64,000 nt of DNA, taken from contig CAWCTR010000004.1 of assembly GCA_963798485.1 (NCBI GenBank), forward strand, positions 64,001 to 128,000, in the 5' to 3' direction. The stretch is from an uncultured delta proteobacterium (lineage in GTDB: Bacteria > Desulfobacterota > Desulfomonilia > UBA1062). The notes below the pieces were generated by a model. That model was given only the letters and a program-made list of their open reading frames with translations, did no database searches and was not told the DNA's origin. Positions 39,189 to 50,088 of this stretch are shown here, one piece after another (position 1 is the stretch's first letter; every line of letters begins with the position of its first letter). Both the position numbers and the translations under genes were made by a program.

Positions 39189-39674
39189 ATGAATCTCGAT
39201 GAAACCGACAAGGCAATCCTTGCCCTGGCCGGAGGGGATGTAGAGGTATGCATGCGGCCCTTTGACGCGTGGGCGGATAAGCTCAGCATCCCGGTTGGAG
39301 AATTGATATCGCGGCTCCAGGCCCTCAAGCAAGAAGGTGTGATCAGGGAGATCAAGGCGGTCCTCAGGCATACGCAGGCAGGCTTTACTGCCAATGCCAT
39401 GGTGGCATGGTCCGTTCCCGAGGCCCATGTAGATGAGATCGGGCAGAGAATCGCCTCTTCTCCTGCGGTGAGTCACTGCTATGAGCGGGGCGGCTTCGAC
39501 CGCTTCAATATCTTTTCCATGATCCATGCGCGAACGGATGATGAGATCTTGGAAAGGGTGAATGCCATATCCCAGGCGACCGGCATCAATGATTACCGGA
39601 TATTCCGGAGCATCAAAGAGCTGAAAAAGACCTCCATGAGGTATTTTTGCCAGGAGGGTTCTTGTGACGAATGA
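39189..39674 (+). CDS. ahbB: Siroheme decarboxylase beta subunit (AhbB/NirH-like, Lrp/AsnC fold)
   Basis: RPF, LRHTQAGFTANAMVAW, VSHCYER, FSMIHAR and ELKKTSM motifs. Coupled to hemL. Confidence 0.85.
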   Translation: MNLDETDKAILALAGGDVEVCMRPFDAWADKLSIPVGELISRLQALKQEGVIREIKAVLRHTQAGFTANAMVAWSVPEAHVDEIGQRIASSPAVSHCYERGGFDRFNIFSMIHARTDDEILERVNAISQATGINDYRIFRSIKELKKTSMRYFCQEGSCDE

Positions 39675-40938
39675 GGGTCTGTTCGCAGCTTCACAAAAGG
39701 TCATACCGGGTGGCGTAAATTCACCGGTGAGGGCATTCCTGAAGGTGGGAGGCATTCCCCGATTCATAGAAAGGGGTGATGGTGCCTTCATTACGGATGC
39801 CCAAGGAAAACGATATATCGATTTCGTCCTCTCCTGGGGGCCGCTTATCCTGGGTCACTGCCGCCCCTCTGTCGTAGAAGCTATCAGGCGCCAGGCAGGC
39901 CTCGGCATGAGTTATGGGGCCCCCACAAGGCTGGAGACGAAGATGGCCGAGCTGGTATGCTCCGCCTTTGACAGTATCGAGAAGGTCCGGTTTGTCAGCT
40001 CCGGCACCGAGGCCGCAATGAGCGCCATAAGGCTCGCGCGGGCAGCTACCCGCAGGCAGCTCATCGTCAAGTTCGAGGGGTGCTACCACGGCCATGCAGA
40101 CAGCCTCCTGGTGAAGGCGGGATCAGGTTTGCTGACCCTGGGTGTCCCCGACTCCGCGGGTGTGCCCGACGCGGTCGCGTCCGCAACGGCAGTGCTGCCT
40201 TACAATGACACACCGGCCCTTGAGGAGTTCATGAAAAACCGCTGCGCAGAGGTGGCTGCGGTCATCGTGGAGCCTGTGGCAGGGAACATGGGCATGGTGC
40301 TGCCCAGGAAGGGTTTCCTGGAGTCGATCAGAAGGTTGACCAGCCTTTGCGGAGCACTCCTTATCTTTGATGAGGTGATCACGGGCTTCAGGTTCTGTTT
40401 CGGCGGCTATCAGAACATTGCAGGCATAATGCCTGACCTTACCTGCCTGGGCAAGATCATCGGCGGCGGCCTGCCTGCTGCTGCCTTTGGTGGTAAGGCC
40501 GACATCATGGACCTGCTGGCCCCCCTGGGCCCGGTTTACCAGGCAGGGACGCTCTCGGGAAATCCCCTGGCAATGGCCGCAGGCCTCGCGACATTGGAGA
40601 CACTCAAAGGGCTCGCCCCCTATGAGATGCTCGGACAGGCCATGGCTGCATTCACCTCAGGGCTTGAGGATCAGGCAAAGAAGGCGGGCATCCCGCTGAC
40701 CATCAACGCTTTAGGCCCCATGGCCGGGATGTTTTTCCATGAAGGGCCGGTGGAGACCTTTGAAGATGTCATGGCATCCGATGCAGCAAGGTATGCGAAG
40801 TTTTTCCATGCCATGCTGGATGAGGGTGTTTACCTGGCGCCGTCTCCCTATGAGTCGCTCTTTGTGAGCACGAGCCACACCGTCGAGGTGATTGATCAGG
40901 CCTTGACGGCCGCAGCGATTGCGTTTGCCGGTCTCTAA
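39664..40938 (+). CDS. hemL: Glutamate-1-semialdehyde 2,1-aminomutase
   Basis: IPGGVNSPVRAF, SSGTEA, FDEVITGFR, LGKIIGGGLP and YQAGTLSGNP motifs. Confidence 0.97.
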   Translation: MTNEGLFAASQKVIPGGVNSPVRAFLKVGGIPRFIERGDGAFITDAQGKRYIDFVLSWGPLILGHCRPSVVEAIRRQAGLGMSYGAPTRLETKMAELVCSAFDSIEKVRFVSSGTEAAMSAIRLARAATRRQLIVKFEGCYHGHADSLLVKAGSGLLTLGVPDSAGVPDAVASATAVLPYNDTPALEEFMKNRCAEVAAVIVEPVAGNMGMVLPRKGFLESIRRLTSLCGALLIFDEVITGFRFCFGGYQNIAGIMPDLTCLGKIIGGGLPAAAFGGKADIMDLLAPLGPVYQAGTLSGNPLAMAAGLATLETLKGLAPYEMLGQAMAAFTSGLEDQAKKAGIPLTINALGPMAGMFFHEGPVETFEDVMASDAARYAKFFHAMLDEGVYLAPSPYESLFVSTSHTVEVIDQALTAAAIAFAGL

Positions 40939-40964
40939 CCCTTAAGGAAGGGGAAGAACTAAGA

Positions 40965-43142
40965 TCAGTTCTCTTTCAATATTCCATTGATCTTCACTGA
41001 TAGCTCACCCATGGTAAAGGGTTTCTGGATAAAGCCCTTGCATCCTTTCTCCATGATCTCCTTCGCATGGTCGTCCAGGCTGTAGCCGCTCGATAGCATG
41101 ACATTCACGTCTTTGTTGATCTTGCAGAGCTCTTTGAAGGTCTCTTTCCCGCTGATATCGGGCATGATGATATCCAAAACCACGAGATCGACCTTGTTAC
41201 TGTTCTGCCTGTACATCTCGATCCCGGCTCTTCCGCCCTGTGCCGACATTACTGTGTACCCGAGAGTGGAGAGCATCTGAGATCCTACATCAAGGATCAT
41301 CTCCTCGTCATCGATCAGCAGAATTCTCCCTCTCCCCTTACGCACCTCTTCGACAACAGCGGCCTTTTCTTCTTCCACCAGGACCTTGTCCGAGGCAGGG
41401 AGATATACCATAAATGCACTGCCGGAGGCGGGCTCGCTCTCTACATAAATAAACCCTCCGTGGTGCTTCACGATGCCATAGACCGAGGCAAGCCCCAGGC
41501 CTGTCCCCCGGCCGAGCTCCCTGGTGGTGAAGAAAGGCTCAAAGATCCTGGCCTTGGTGGGTTCATCCATGCCAATGCCCGTGTCAGCCACGGTCGCCTT
41601 GACGTACCTTCCGGGTTTGAGCTCATAAGGCCTCACCTCAACCTCACCCAGTTCCACGTTTTCGACAGAGATTGAGAGATCGCCTCCGCCAGGCATGGCC
41701 TGCAAGGCATTCACAAACAGGTTCAGAAATACCTGCTCCATCTGACTGTGATCCACCTCCACGCTCCAGAGTCCCTCCTGTATCGTATGGCGGATCCGGA
41801 TTTCTTTCCTGGTCCGGCCGAACATCTCTGAGCTTTTTCTGATGAACTCCCCGAGGTTCGTGGTCTTGACCTCGTATTTACCTCCCCGTGCAAACCCAAG
41901 TAGCTGCTTCGTGAGGTCGGAGGCACGCTTGACGTATTCCTCTGCATGTTTCAGCCTGGTGTGCGAGGGATCGTTTTCATCGATCTTCATGAGGACCAGC
42001 GACACATTCCCCAGGATCCCCATGAGGAGGTTGTTGAAGTCATGCGCGACACCGCCTGCCATAGTCCCTATGGCCTCCATTTTCTGTGACCTCATGAGCC
42101 GCTCCTCAAGGTCCTTCTTCTCGGTGATGTCTATGAGGAATCCTCTCAGGCCTGCAGGTTTACCGTCACGGATTATGCGAGTCGTATGCGCCATGGCCGG
42201 GAAAGGCGTACCGTCCTTTCTCCTGGCCGTGTACTCGGTAAGGCCGGCCTTCTCACCAGAGAATATGGTCTGCATATTGTGCTTCAAGGCAGCATGATCT
42301 TCAGGGGCAATAACGTCAAAGACCCGGAGGCCTTCACCAAGATCATCCGGTACGTAGCCGAACTGATCGAATGCGCTGCGATTCACGAAGGTTATCCTGC
42401 CTTCAAGGTCTGCCTCGAAAACCGTCTCGGGCAAAAGCTCGGCAAGATCCCTGAACCGTTCTTCACTCTGCCTGATGAGTGCATTGGCATTATTGAGCTC
42501 ATTGTTTGTCTTGCTCAGCTTTTTTCTCAGCTCATTGATATAGCTGCCGATAAAAGAGAACCAAATGAGAACGATAAAGAGGGTAATAAGATAAAATATC
42601 TCCAGTCTGAGGTTGACGCTTTTCGGGTGATTGATGAGGAGGAGCATGATTACTAAGCCATATCCCATCGGCGCGAACAGAGAGAGAAAAAAGAACTGGC
42701 GAAAGTTCAGTCTGAAGGTGCCAAAGGTGAAAACTACCATGTAAAGTAAAAGCATGATCCCCCGGCCCTCATCCAAGGAGTATGCCCAGACCATGTTGTA
42801 TACCGTTGCGAGAATGATTTGAATCAGGGTGAGGCTCGGATCCTTGAAGCGTAGATTTAATCCAGTACGGAGCAGGAAGAAAATAATCAGGTTAGTCGTA
42901 ACGATAATTGCAAAAATCCAGAAAATCGGTATCAGATACCTTACGAACAACCCATTGTAATAGCAATACAGTGCGATGAGCATCCATACAATATACGTGG
43001 CAAAGGCCATGAGGAATCTCTTTATCCTCAAGGCCTGTTTAGGGTCATCTCCGGGTATTATGCACATCATCTGTGATTCACCTGCACAGCCTGTAATGTA
43101 TTGTATATAAGTTCGGAATCTTTCGCTAAAAGATAAAGACAT
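40965..43142 (-). CDS. Hybrid sensor kinase (multi-TM, PAS, HisKA, HATPase, REC)
   Basis: [24 protein letters not shown] and a C-terminal REC domain. Start placed at 43142 after AGGAGG. Confidence 0.92.
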   Translation of the reverse strand: MSLSFSERFRTYIQYITGCAGESQMMCIIPGDDPKQALRIKRFLMAFATYIVWMLIALYCYYNGLFVRYLIPIFWIFAIIVTTNLIIFFLLRTGLNLRFKDPSLTLIQIILATVYNMVWAYSLDEGRGIMLLLYMVVFTFGTFRLNFRQFFFLSLFAPMGYGLVIMLLLINHPKSVNLRLEIFYLITLFIVLIWFSFIGSYINELRKKLSKTNNELNNANALIRQSEERFRDLAELLPETVFEADLEGRITFVNRSAFDQFGYVPDDLGEGLRVFDVIAPEDHAALKHNMQTIFSGEKAGLTEYTARRKDGTPFPAMAHTTRIIRDGKPAGLRGFLIDITEKKDLEERLMRSQKMEAIGTMAGGVAHDFNNLLMGILGNVSLVLMKIDENDPSHTRLKHAEEYVKRASDLTKQLLGFARGGKYEVKTTNLGEFIRKSSEMFGRTRKEIRIRHTIQEGLWSVEVDHSQMEQVFLNLFVNALQAMPGGGDLSISVENVELGEVEVRPYELKPGRYVKATVADTGIGMDEPTKARIFEPFFTTRELGRGTGLGLASVYGIVKHHGGFIYVESEPASGSAFMVYLPASDKVLVEEEKAAVVEEVRKGRGRILLIDDEEMILDVGSQMLSTLGYTVMSAQGGRAGIEMYRQNSNKVDLVVLDIIMPDISGKETFKELCKINKDVNVMLSSGYSLDDHAKEIMEKGCKGFIQKPFTMGELSVKINGILKEN

Positions 43143-43271
43143 TAATTGACCTCCTGCCGGATTTGAGAGAAAGGATCCGGTACACCTTACGCTGCCTCCC
43201 CCCGATTTATACTTTTTCGAAGACGATGGGATCAACGGTCCATCCAGCTCATACTGAGGGCAATTTCATCC

Positions 43272-43300
43272 TTGACAGCTTACTTACTAGTTAGTAAATA
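43272..43300 (+). promoter_or_regulatory. sigma70 promoter overlapped by a palindromic TetR-type operator
   Basis: TTGACA-17-TAAATA. TTACTTACTAGTTAGTAA (43280-43297) is a 16/18 palindrome in the spacer. Confidence 0.6.
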
Positions 43301-43316
43301 TAAATAAGAGACGAAT

Positions 43317-43892
43317 ATGCGTAAACCACAAAGCGAGACGGGAAAAAAGATAATCGATCTTGGAGAAAAGCTGCTCCTCCGTCAGGGTTTTAACGGCTTC
43401 AGTTATGCCGACATCGCGGCCCCTTTAGGGGTAAAGAATGCTGCCATCCATTACCATTTCCCCAGCAAGTGCGATCTTGGCCTTGCCGTTATCCAACGGG
43501 CCAGGAGCCGTTTTAAAAGATGGTGCACCGGGGAGGGAACGGCCAGGATGAGCGACTGGGAAAAGCTCAACGGCTTTTTCCAGATTTACCACCATTACCT
43601 CGCCAAGAGCGATTCGGTCTGTCTGAGCGGTGCCCTGGAAACGGATTTCACAACCCTGCCGCCGCCGATGCAGGAAGAGGCCCGGGGATTGGTGTTGGAT
43701 CTCCTTACATGGATGGATCAGTTCTTAAGCGGTGCGCGGGACAGGGGAACATTTTCATTTCCGGGGACTCCTCGCGATCAGGCGATTGTAGTGCTTGCAG
43801 TCATGCAGGGCAGTTTGCAGATGATACGGGCAATGGACCCGTCAATATTTGAGGCTGCGGTGGGCCAGGTACGCCGCTTGCTTGAACCGTAG
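43317..43892 (+). CDS. TetR/AcrR-family transcriptional regulator
   Basis: QGFNGFSYADIAAPLGVKNAAIHYHFPSK HTH motif. Confidence 0.93.
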   Translation: MRKPQSETGKKIIDLGEKLLLRQGFNGFSYADIAAPLGVKNAAIHYHFPSKCDLGLAVIQRARSRFKRWCTGEGTARMSDWEKLNGFFQIYHHYLAKSDSVCLSGALETDFTTLPPPMQEEARGLVLDLLTWMDQFLSGARDRGTFSFPGTPRDQAIVVLAVMQGSLQMIRAMDPSIFEAAVGQVRRLLEP

Positions 43893-43992
43893 AGTCCGGG
43901 ATAAGGGGCCTGTGATTCTTTTTTGATCGTACGGGAAAGCCGCCGGCCGGTTTCATCTGAAATAGTGTGAATACGAAATTCAGGAGGGTTAC

Positions 43993-45174
43993 ATGGATAA
44001 CACGATACCAAGATCAAAAAACAACGATTATTCAAAGGATATCATTGGAGAACGCCATCAGTTTCTCAAGGAAAAGACCGGCATAGAACTGAAACATGTG
44101 GATAAGTATTCCTTTGACCCTGCCGTACTCCCGGGGAATATCGAGCATTTTATCGGGGTAGCCCAGGTGCCCATAGGAATTACCGGCCCTTTGCTCGTAA
44201 ACGGAGAATATGCCCAGGGTGAATTCTATGTCCCCCTGGCGACGAGTGAAGGAACCCTTGTCGCAAGCTACAACAGGGGAATGAAGATCATAAAACTGTG
44301 CGGCGGTGTAACTACGACGATCCAGGAAGAAGCGATGCAGCGCGGCCCTGTATTCATATTCGAAAATGCCCGTCAGGCCCGTGATTTCGGTATCTGGCTG
44401 AAAGAAAATTTCGAAGAGATCAAGAAACAGGCCGAGAGTACGACCAGAACCGGAAAGCTTATCACCATTGAGCAGTATCATGCCGGCCGGTTTGTATACA
44501 CCCGGTTCGATTATACCACCGGTGATGCCGCAGGCCAGAATATGACGGGGAAGGCCACCTTTATCGCGTGCGAGTGGATCAGGAGAACCAACCCCCAGGT
44601 AAAGAGATACATGATAGACGGCAATTTCTCTACGGATAAGAAGCATTCAACCATAAATCTCCTCAGGACCAGGGGCAAGAGGGTTACAGCCGAGATCACG
44701 GTCCCTGAGAAGATCGTCAGGGAGCAGATGAACCAGTCACCGGCAAGGCTGCAGTTTTACCACGGTGTCGGGATGCTCGGATCATATATGTCCGGCGCCA
44801 TAAACAATGGAAGCCACTCCGCCAACGGGATCACCGCCCTGTTCATCGCAACGGGGCAGGATGTGGCAAACGTCGCGGAGGGGTCGGCTGCAATAACCTA
44901 CAGCGAGAGGACAAAGGAGGGTGACTACTACTTTTCAGTCGTTATCCCCGCAATGATTGTTGCAACCCATGGAGGGGGTACAGGCCTTGCGACCCAGAAA
45001 GAATGCCTCGATCTGATGGGCTGCTCCGGGAAAGGCAAGGTAAAGAAGTTCGCCGAGATTGTCGCTGCCACAGTCCTTGCAGGGGAGCTTTCATTGATGA
45101 GTGCGATGAGAGTGAATAAGGACGGCACGAGTGACTGGATATCAAGTCATGATAAATTGGGGAGGAACAGGTAA
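43993..45174 (+). CDS. Class I HMG-CoA reductase-like enzyme
   Basis: EHFIG, PLATSEGTLVAS, DAAGQNM, NFSTDKK, GQDVANV and C-terminal His (SHDKLGR). Confidence 0.85.
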   Translation: MDNTIPRSKNNDYSKDIIGERHQFLKEKTGIELKHVDKYSFDPAVLPGNIEHFIGVAQVPIGITGPLLVNGEYAQGEFYVPLATSEGTLVASYNRGMKIIKLCGGVTTTIQEEAMQRGPVFIFENARQARDFGIWLKENFEEIKKQAESTTRTGKLITIEQYHAGRFVYTRFDYTTGDAAGQNMTGKATFIACEWIRRTNPQVKRYMIDGNFSTDKKHSTINLLRTRGKRVTAEITVPEKIVREQMNQSPARLQFYHGVGMLGSYMSGAINNGSHSANGITALFIATGQDVANVAEGSAAITYSERTKEGDYYFSVVIPAMIVATHGGGTGLATQKECLDLMGCSGKGKVKKFAEIVAATVLAGELSLMSAMRVNKDGTSDWISSHDKLGRNR

Positions 45175-45229
45175 GTTTCATCTCAGGTGTTTATTTCTCT
45201 CTCAAGATCATGAATATGGAGGTTTCAAT

Positions 45230-47122
45230 ATGGCAAACAATAGTGACCAAAAGAAGGGATATGTAATCCCCGAGGAAGAATTCAAGAGGCAGATGGAGTA
45301 TATCAATACCATTGATCCGTACCCTCCGCATATTTTCTACCAGAAATTCCTTGAAGTGATCCACAAGGCTAAAACAGAAGGAGGAATAAACTGGGGTACC
45401 ATATACGAAAAAACGGCTGAAGAATTCCCCAACAGAATAGCGGTCAAATGGGATAATTCCGATACGACGCCGACTTCCATGCAGGAGGTCATCCCCCATA
45501 TCAAGTATAAGGAATTCAATGAGGCGGTAAACCGTTATGCAAACTACTTTCTAGAAACCGGTGTTCAGAAGGGAGATGTCATATGCATCCTGCTGGCCAA
45601 CAGGGTGGAGTCGCTGGAACTGCATGTCGCTGCCGCCAAGATCGGGGCAGTCTCATCAATGATGAATACGGGATGGCGTGGCAGAACCCTCGCCTACGCC
45701 TTGAACCTGATTCCCGGCAAGGCGGTCATCGTGGGGGAAGAGTGTATCGATTTGTACCAGGACGCACGCCCTGAAATGAAGAAAACCGAGGGGCAACAGA
45801 TCTATTACCTGGAAGATGCAGGCGGATCACCCATGCCGGACGGGTTTATCAATATCAAGGAAGCTCTAAAGGATATCTCTGCACAGAATCCCCCCACAAC
45901 AGGCGCGATAGGCATCTACGACCCTTGCCACCTCGTGTTCACTTCCGGCACCACGGGCGGCATGCCCAAGGCTGCATTCACGACCCATAAGACCATGGTG
46001 GAAAATGCGAATGCATTCCAAATGATCCTGGATATGCAGAAGAATGACACCATCTATGTCCCTCTCCCCTTCTTTCATAATACCTTCCTCGTTTCAGCCT
46101 GGCCTCCTGCAGCACTGAGCGGAGGGGCCATCGCCATCCGCAGGAAATTCAGTGCAAGTCATTTCTGGAATGACACACGAAAATTCAGGGCGACGAAATT
46201 CTGTTATGTCGGAGAATTGTGCCGCTATCTGATGAACCGGCCGGAAAGGCCCGATGACGCTGCAAACCCTGTTGAAGGGATGTTCGGCAATGGCCTCCGC
46301 CCTGAGATCTGGAAGGCGTTCAAGAAGCGCTTCGATATACCTGCCGTCAATGAATTCTATGGCGCAGCGGAGCTGCCGAGCGGGTTTGTAAATCAGTACA
46401 ACTTCGACTGTACGATCGGCCGCAGCGTAAAAAACAATGCTGTCGTAAAGTATGACATACATAAAAGCGAACCGGTCCGGAATAAGGACGGCTTCATGGA
46501 GAAAGCCGATTACGGCCATACCGGTCTGGTCTTATTTGAAATTTCAGTATCGGAACCACTGATGGGATACACCAACAAAGAGGATACGGAGAAGAAGATA
46601 TTCCATGACGTGTTCAAGAAAGGTGATACCTGGTTCAATACCGGCGACTTAATGCGGAATATCGGATACGGGCATCGGCAGTTCGTCGACAGGCTGGGTG
46701 ACACCTTTCGCTGGCACGGTGAAAACGTTTCGACCACCGAAGTGGAAGCCGTGCTCGATTCATTCAATCAGATATACATCTCGACCGTATACGGTGTCAG
46801 AATACCGAATACCGACGGAAGTGCGGGGATGGCGGCCATCGTACCCTTAGACACAAGTCTCGAGGATTTTGATTTCTCATCTCTGGCAGACCACCTGAAA
46901 AAGGAGCTGGCGGATTTCGCTGTTCCTAAATTCATAAGGATCAAAAACGAATTGGACCAGACCCCGACCATGAAATTCAAAAAGGACAAGTTGAAGAAAG
47001 ATGGGTATGATATAGAAAAATTCAGCGACCCTGTTTATGTCCTGTTGCCCGATGAATCGGGATATGTGCCGTTGACTGTGGATGTGAAGAACAAGATCGA
47101 CAGGGGAGAGTACAGGTTCTGA
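45230..47122 (+). CDS. Long-chain acyl-CoA synthetase, FATP/FadD6-like
   Basis: FTSGTTGGMPK, YVGELCRYL, GNGLRP and DRLGDTFRWHGENVSTTEVE motifs. Confidence 0.92.
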   Translation: MANNSDQKKGYVIPEEEFKRQMEYINTIDPYPPHIFYQKFLEVIHKAKTEGGINWGTIYEKTAEEFPNRIAVKWDNSDTTPTSMQEVIPHIKYKEFNEAVNRYANYFLETGVQKGDVICILLANRVESLELHVAAAKIGAVSSMMNTGWRGRTLAYALNLIPGKAVIVGEECIDLYQDARPEMKKTEGQQIYYLEDAGGSPMPDGFINIKEALKDISAQNPPTTGAIGIYDPCHLVFTSGTTGGMPKAAFTTHKTMVENANAFQMILDMQKNDTIYVPLPFFHNTFLVSAWPPAALSGGAIAIRRKFSASHFWNDTRKFRATKFCYVGELCRYLMNRPERPDDAANPVEGMFGNGLRPEIWKAFKKRFDIPAVNEFYGAAELPSGFVNQYNFDCTIGRSVKNNAVVKYDIHKSEPVRNKDGFMEKADYGHTGLVLFEISVSEPLMGYTNKEDTEKKIFHDVFKKGDTWFNTGDLMRNIGYGHRQFVDRLGDTFRWHGENVSTTEVEAVLDSFNQIYISTVYGVRIPNTDGSAGMAAIVPLDTSLEDFDFSSLADHLKKELADFAVPKFIRIKNELDQTPTMKFKKDKLKKDGYDIEKFSDPVYVLLPDESGYVPLTVDVKNKIDRGEYRF

Positions 47123-47126
47123 CATT

Positions 47127-47163
47127 TTTGCGAGCTTCCCATGGGAATCCTTAAGCTCGCAAA
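47127..47163. terminator. Hairpin between convergent operons
   Basis: TTTGCGAGCTT...AAGCTCGCAAA, an 11-bp stem. Confidence 0.6.
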
Positions 47164-47316
47164 GCCTGTCGAATACCATGTGTTCCTCTATGTTCTATTC
47201 CTGCCCATGATTCGGATGCCTCTGCAGGATAGAACAGAGGGATTTCGATCTCCTCATCTGCTCCCTGGTAATCCGTTCCTCCTCTTATACATGGAGGGAG
47301 ATGTATTGTGATGACA

Positions 47317-48528
47317 TCAATCCACTCGAATAACCACGGCATCCCCCTGGGCAAGACCCCCGCAGATGCCGCAGACGCCGTAGCCGCCGCCCCTTCTCTT
47401 TAATTCATACATCATGGTCATCAATATGCGGCCGCCGCTTGCCCCCACCGGGTGGCCGATAGCGATGGCCCCGCCGTTGGGATTAGTCCGCTCCAGGAGC
47501 AAGCGCCACTTCTTCTCGTCCCTACCGGCCAGGATCTTTGTTGAGACAAGGGTAACAGCCGCAAAGGCCTCGTTGATCTCAATGACCTTCATATCATCGA
47601 TCGTGAGAGATGACCGCTTCAGGGCCTTTTTGATGACAAAGCCCGGCAGCTCCGCCATCCTCCTGGGTTCGCTTGCCCCGCTCGCTACGGACATGATGGT
47701 GGCCAGTGGTTTTATCCCCAAAGCCTCAGCCTTGGACCGCCGCATGATAATCACCGTCGTCGCCCCGGCGTCCAGGCCCGGGGCATTGCCCGCTGTCACC
47801 GTGGGGCTGCCGTAGATGGTCTTCAGTTTGGATAAAGCCTCCATCGTGGTATCCGGCCTGGGTAATTCATCTTTCTTGAATATGAAGGGCGTCCCTTTTT
47901 TCTGGGGGATCTCAATAGACACCAGTTCATCATTGAACCGGTCGTCCTTGTCCGCCTGGGCCCATTTTTTGTGCGACCCTACCGCCCAGGCATCCTGCTC
48001 TTCCCTGGATATGCCGTACTCGATGGCGATCTCCCCGGCATCCTTGCCCAGCGGGGTATATTCGCGGTAGGTGATGGGATTCAGATAATCCTGTACAAGA
48101 AGCGGCTTCATACCGGAGCCCCAGCGGTGGTTATTTATGAGAAGAGGCGTATTGCTCATGTTCTCGGCGCCCACGGCCATGCAGGTGTCCGCCTCATTCA
48201 GCAGGATTGCCCTGCGGCCCAGTTGGACCGCGCAGAGAGACGAGCAGCAGGCCCGGTCTATGGTCAGGGAGACTAAAGTATCGGGCAGACCTGCACGCAG
48301 AAGGGCCTGCCTTGCATTCACGTTGTCATAGAGCGCAGCCTCGGCCTGGTCGCACATGCCGTAGTACAGCTCGTCCAGGTCCTCGCCTTTCAGCCCGGAG
48401 CGTTTCAGGCTTTCTTTGATCACGATGACCCCGAGGTCAGTGCTGTGCATCTCCTTGAGCACCCCGCCGAACTTGGAAAAGGGTGTCCGTACCCCGCTTA
48501 CGATAACCACATCATCTTTGTTTTTCAT
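47317..48528 (-). CDS. Thiolase
   Basis: DRACCSS, NEAFA, GHPVG and ICGGLAQG motifs. Confidence 0.92.
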   Translation of the reverse strand: MKNKDDVVIVSGVRTPFSKFGGVLKEMHSTDLGVIVIKESLKRSGLKGEDLDELYYGMCDQAEAALYDNVNARQALLRAGLPDTLVSLTIDRACCSSLCAVQLGRRAILLNEADTCMAVGAENMSNTPLLINNHRWGSGMKPLLVQDYLNPITYREYTPLGKDAGEIAIEYGISREEQDAWAVGSHKKWAQADKDDRFNDELVSIEIPQKKGTPFIFKKDELPRPDTTMEALSKLKTIYGSPTVTAGNAPGLDAGATTVIIMRRSKAEALGIKPLATIMSVASGASEPRRMAELPGFVIKKALKRSSLTIDDMKVIEINEAFAAVTLVSTKILAGRDEKKWRLLLERTNPNGGAIAIGHPVGASGGRILMTMMYELKRRGGGYGVCGICGGLAQGDAVVIRVD

Positions 48529-48541
48529 ACAGCGCTCCTTT

Positions 48542-50008
48542 CTATCGTATCTGGTCGCCTTTGGCTATTCCGCACAGTTCTTTGGCAATCTTCTGCTTGC
48601 CCTTCATGTTCACGAGCCTTGCGATCATGATCCGCTGTGCCTGGGGTGAGCCCGCACCATGCATGGACTCGGTGAGGTAACCTACGGCAGCGGTACCCAT
48701 GGTGATGTTTTCGATAAGCCTCAATATCCTCATCCGGTATTCTGTGGGGACATCCGCCTTTGTCCGGTAGTATTTCTTCACCCACTTACCCACCACCGGC
48801 GAGTTAAGGTCGGCCTCCGACGGGCAGGTGACCACTACGCCGCCTGCAATATCCTGGGCAAGCCTGGCGATCTCATAGGGGAAGCGCGTCACGTTCTGCT
48901 TGTGCACATTGGCCAGGAGCACATCCACCAGGTATGTCCCGCTCGCCTCCTTGTGACCCTCTGATGCGCAGGCGATGCACCCGCAGAAGAGCGTCTCGTT
49001 CAAGTGGTTCATCTCGATGATCTTGTCTTTCACATGGGAGGCCTTCTCTGCACCGTTGTACTCGGCAACGGTCTGGGCAGCGCCGATAAGCACATCGCCC
49101 ACCCCCACCTTGCATGCGTAGCTCTGGCGGTGGTAGGCGGAGAAGCTCTCCACCAACTGGGTGGTGAAGTCATACTCCTTGTACATGAACACGCGTTCCC
49201 AGGGCACGAACACGTCCTCGAAGACGACCAGGGCCTCGTGGCCTCCGTAGAACATGTTGCCCCTATCCATGGTCATGCCTTCGAGTTTCCTGGTGTCGCA
49301 GGACTGCCGGCCCATGATGTAGGTGATGCCTGCTGTATCACTGGGGACTGCAAAGGCCACTGCATAATCCTTGTCCTCTTCCCGCATGGTGATGGTCGGC
49401 ATCACGATGATCTCATGGGAGTTGACCGCGCCGGTCTGGTGGGCCTTCGACCCCCTGACCACGATGCCGTCTTTACGCTCTTCTACCACATGGAGGAACA
49501 TGTCAGGGTCGAACTGTTTGTGGGGGGGCTGGGAACGGTCGCCCTTGGTATCGGTCATGGCGCCGTCGCAGACCAGGTCGTTTTCTTGAACGTATTCGAG
49601 AAATTTGAGGAAGCGCTTGTTGTACTGCGTCTTATATTTCTGATCGATGGCATAGGTAACAATAGACAGGGCATTCATGGCATCCATTCCCACGCAACGC
49701 TGGAAACAGCAGGCGGTCAGAGACCCCAGAAGCCTTCCCATCTTGCTCTTCTTCACCAAATCATCCACGCTCTGGTGGATATGGGTGAAGCGGTTGATCT
49801 TCTTGCCCGTAAGGTGTGATTTGACGGTCATGATATCTTCATATTCCGGCCTGTGGGCAAATTCGTAGGTGGCTGCCACCGCATTCATGGAGGGCCTTAT
49901 GATAGGGTCATCCACCACGTTCTCCACCTTCTTGCCGAACATGTACACGTTCAGCTTCAGCTTCCTCAAACTCTCTTCGTACTCTTTTGCATTCATGAGC
50001 TTAGTCAT
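48542..50008 (-). CDS. abfD: 4-hydroxybutyryl-CoA dehydratase/vinylacetyl-CoA isomerase (AbfD; HpaB superfamily)
   Basis: CFQRCVGMD and HRQSY.C Fe-S ligands, GAMTDTKGDRS, KAHQTG and ESMHGAGSPQAQ. Confidence 0.88.
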   Translation of the reverse strand: MTKLMNAKEYEESLRKLKLNVYMFGKKVENVVDDPIIRPSMNAVAATYEFAHRPEYEDIMTVKSHLTGKKINRFTHIHQSVDDLVKKSKMGRLLGSLTACCFQRCVGMDAMNALSIVTYAIDQKYKTQYNKRFLKFLEYVQENDLVCDGAMTDTKGDRSQPPHKQFDPDMFLHVVEERKDGIVVRGSKAHQTGAVNSHEIIVMPTITMREEDKDYAVAFAVPSDTAGITYIMGRQSCDTRKLEGMTMDRGNMFYGGHEALVVFEDVFVPWERVFMYKEYDFTTQLVESFSAYHRQSYACKVGVGDVLIGAAQTVAEYNGAEKASHVKDKIIEMNHLNETLFCGCIACASEGHKEASGTYLVDVLLANVHKQNVTRFPYEIARLAQDIAGGVVVTCPSEADLNSPVVGKWVKKYYRTKADVPTEYRMRILRLIENITMGTAAVGYLTESMHGAGSPQAQRIMIARLVNMKGKQKIAKELCGIAKGDQIR

Positions 50009-50088
50009 ATGTTCCTCCAACACCTTCATTCCATTCCGAGTCAGAACGAGGTATCTTCCTGCCTATAGTTTTCCTTTTTCATCGATAT

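Noticed and set aside
43993-45174. Mevalonate isoprenoid operon
   Set aside because: No HMG-CoA synthase, mevalonate kinase or decarboxylase is in the window.
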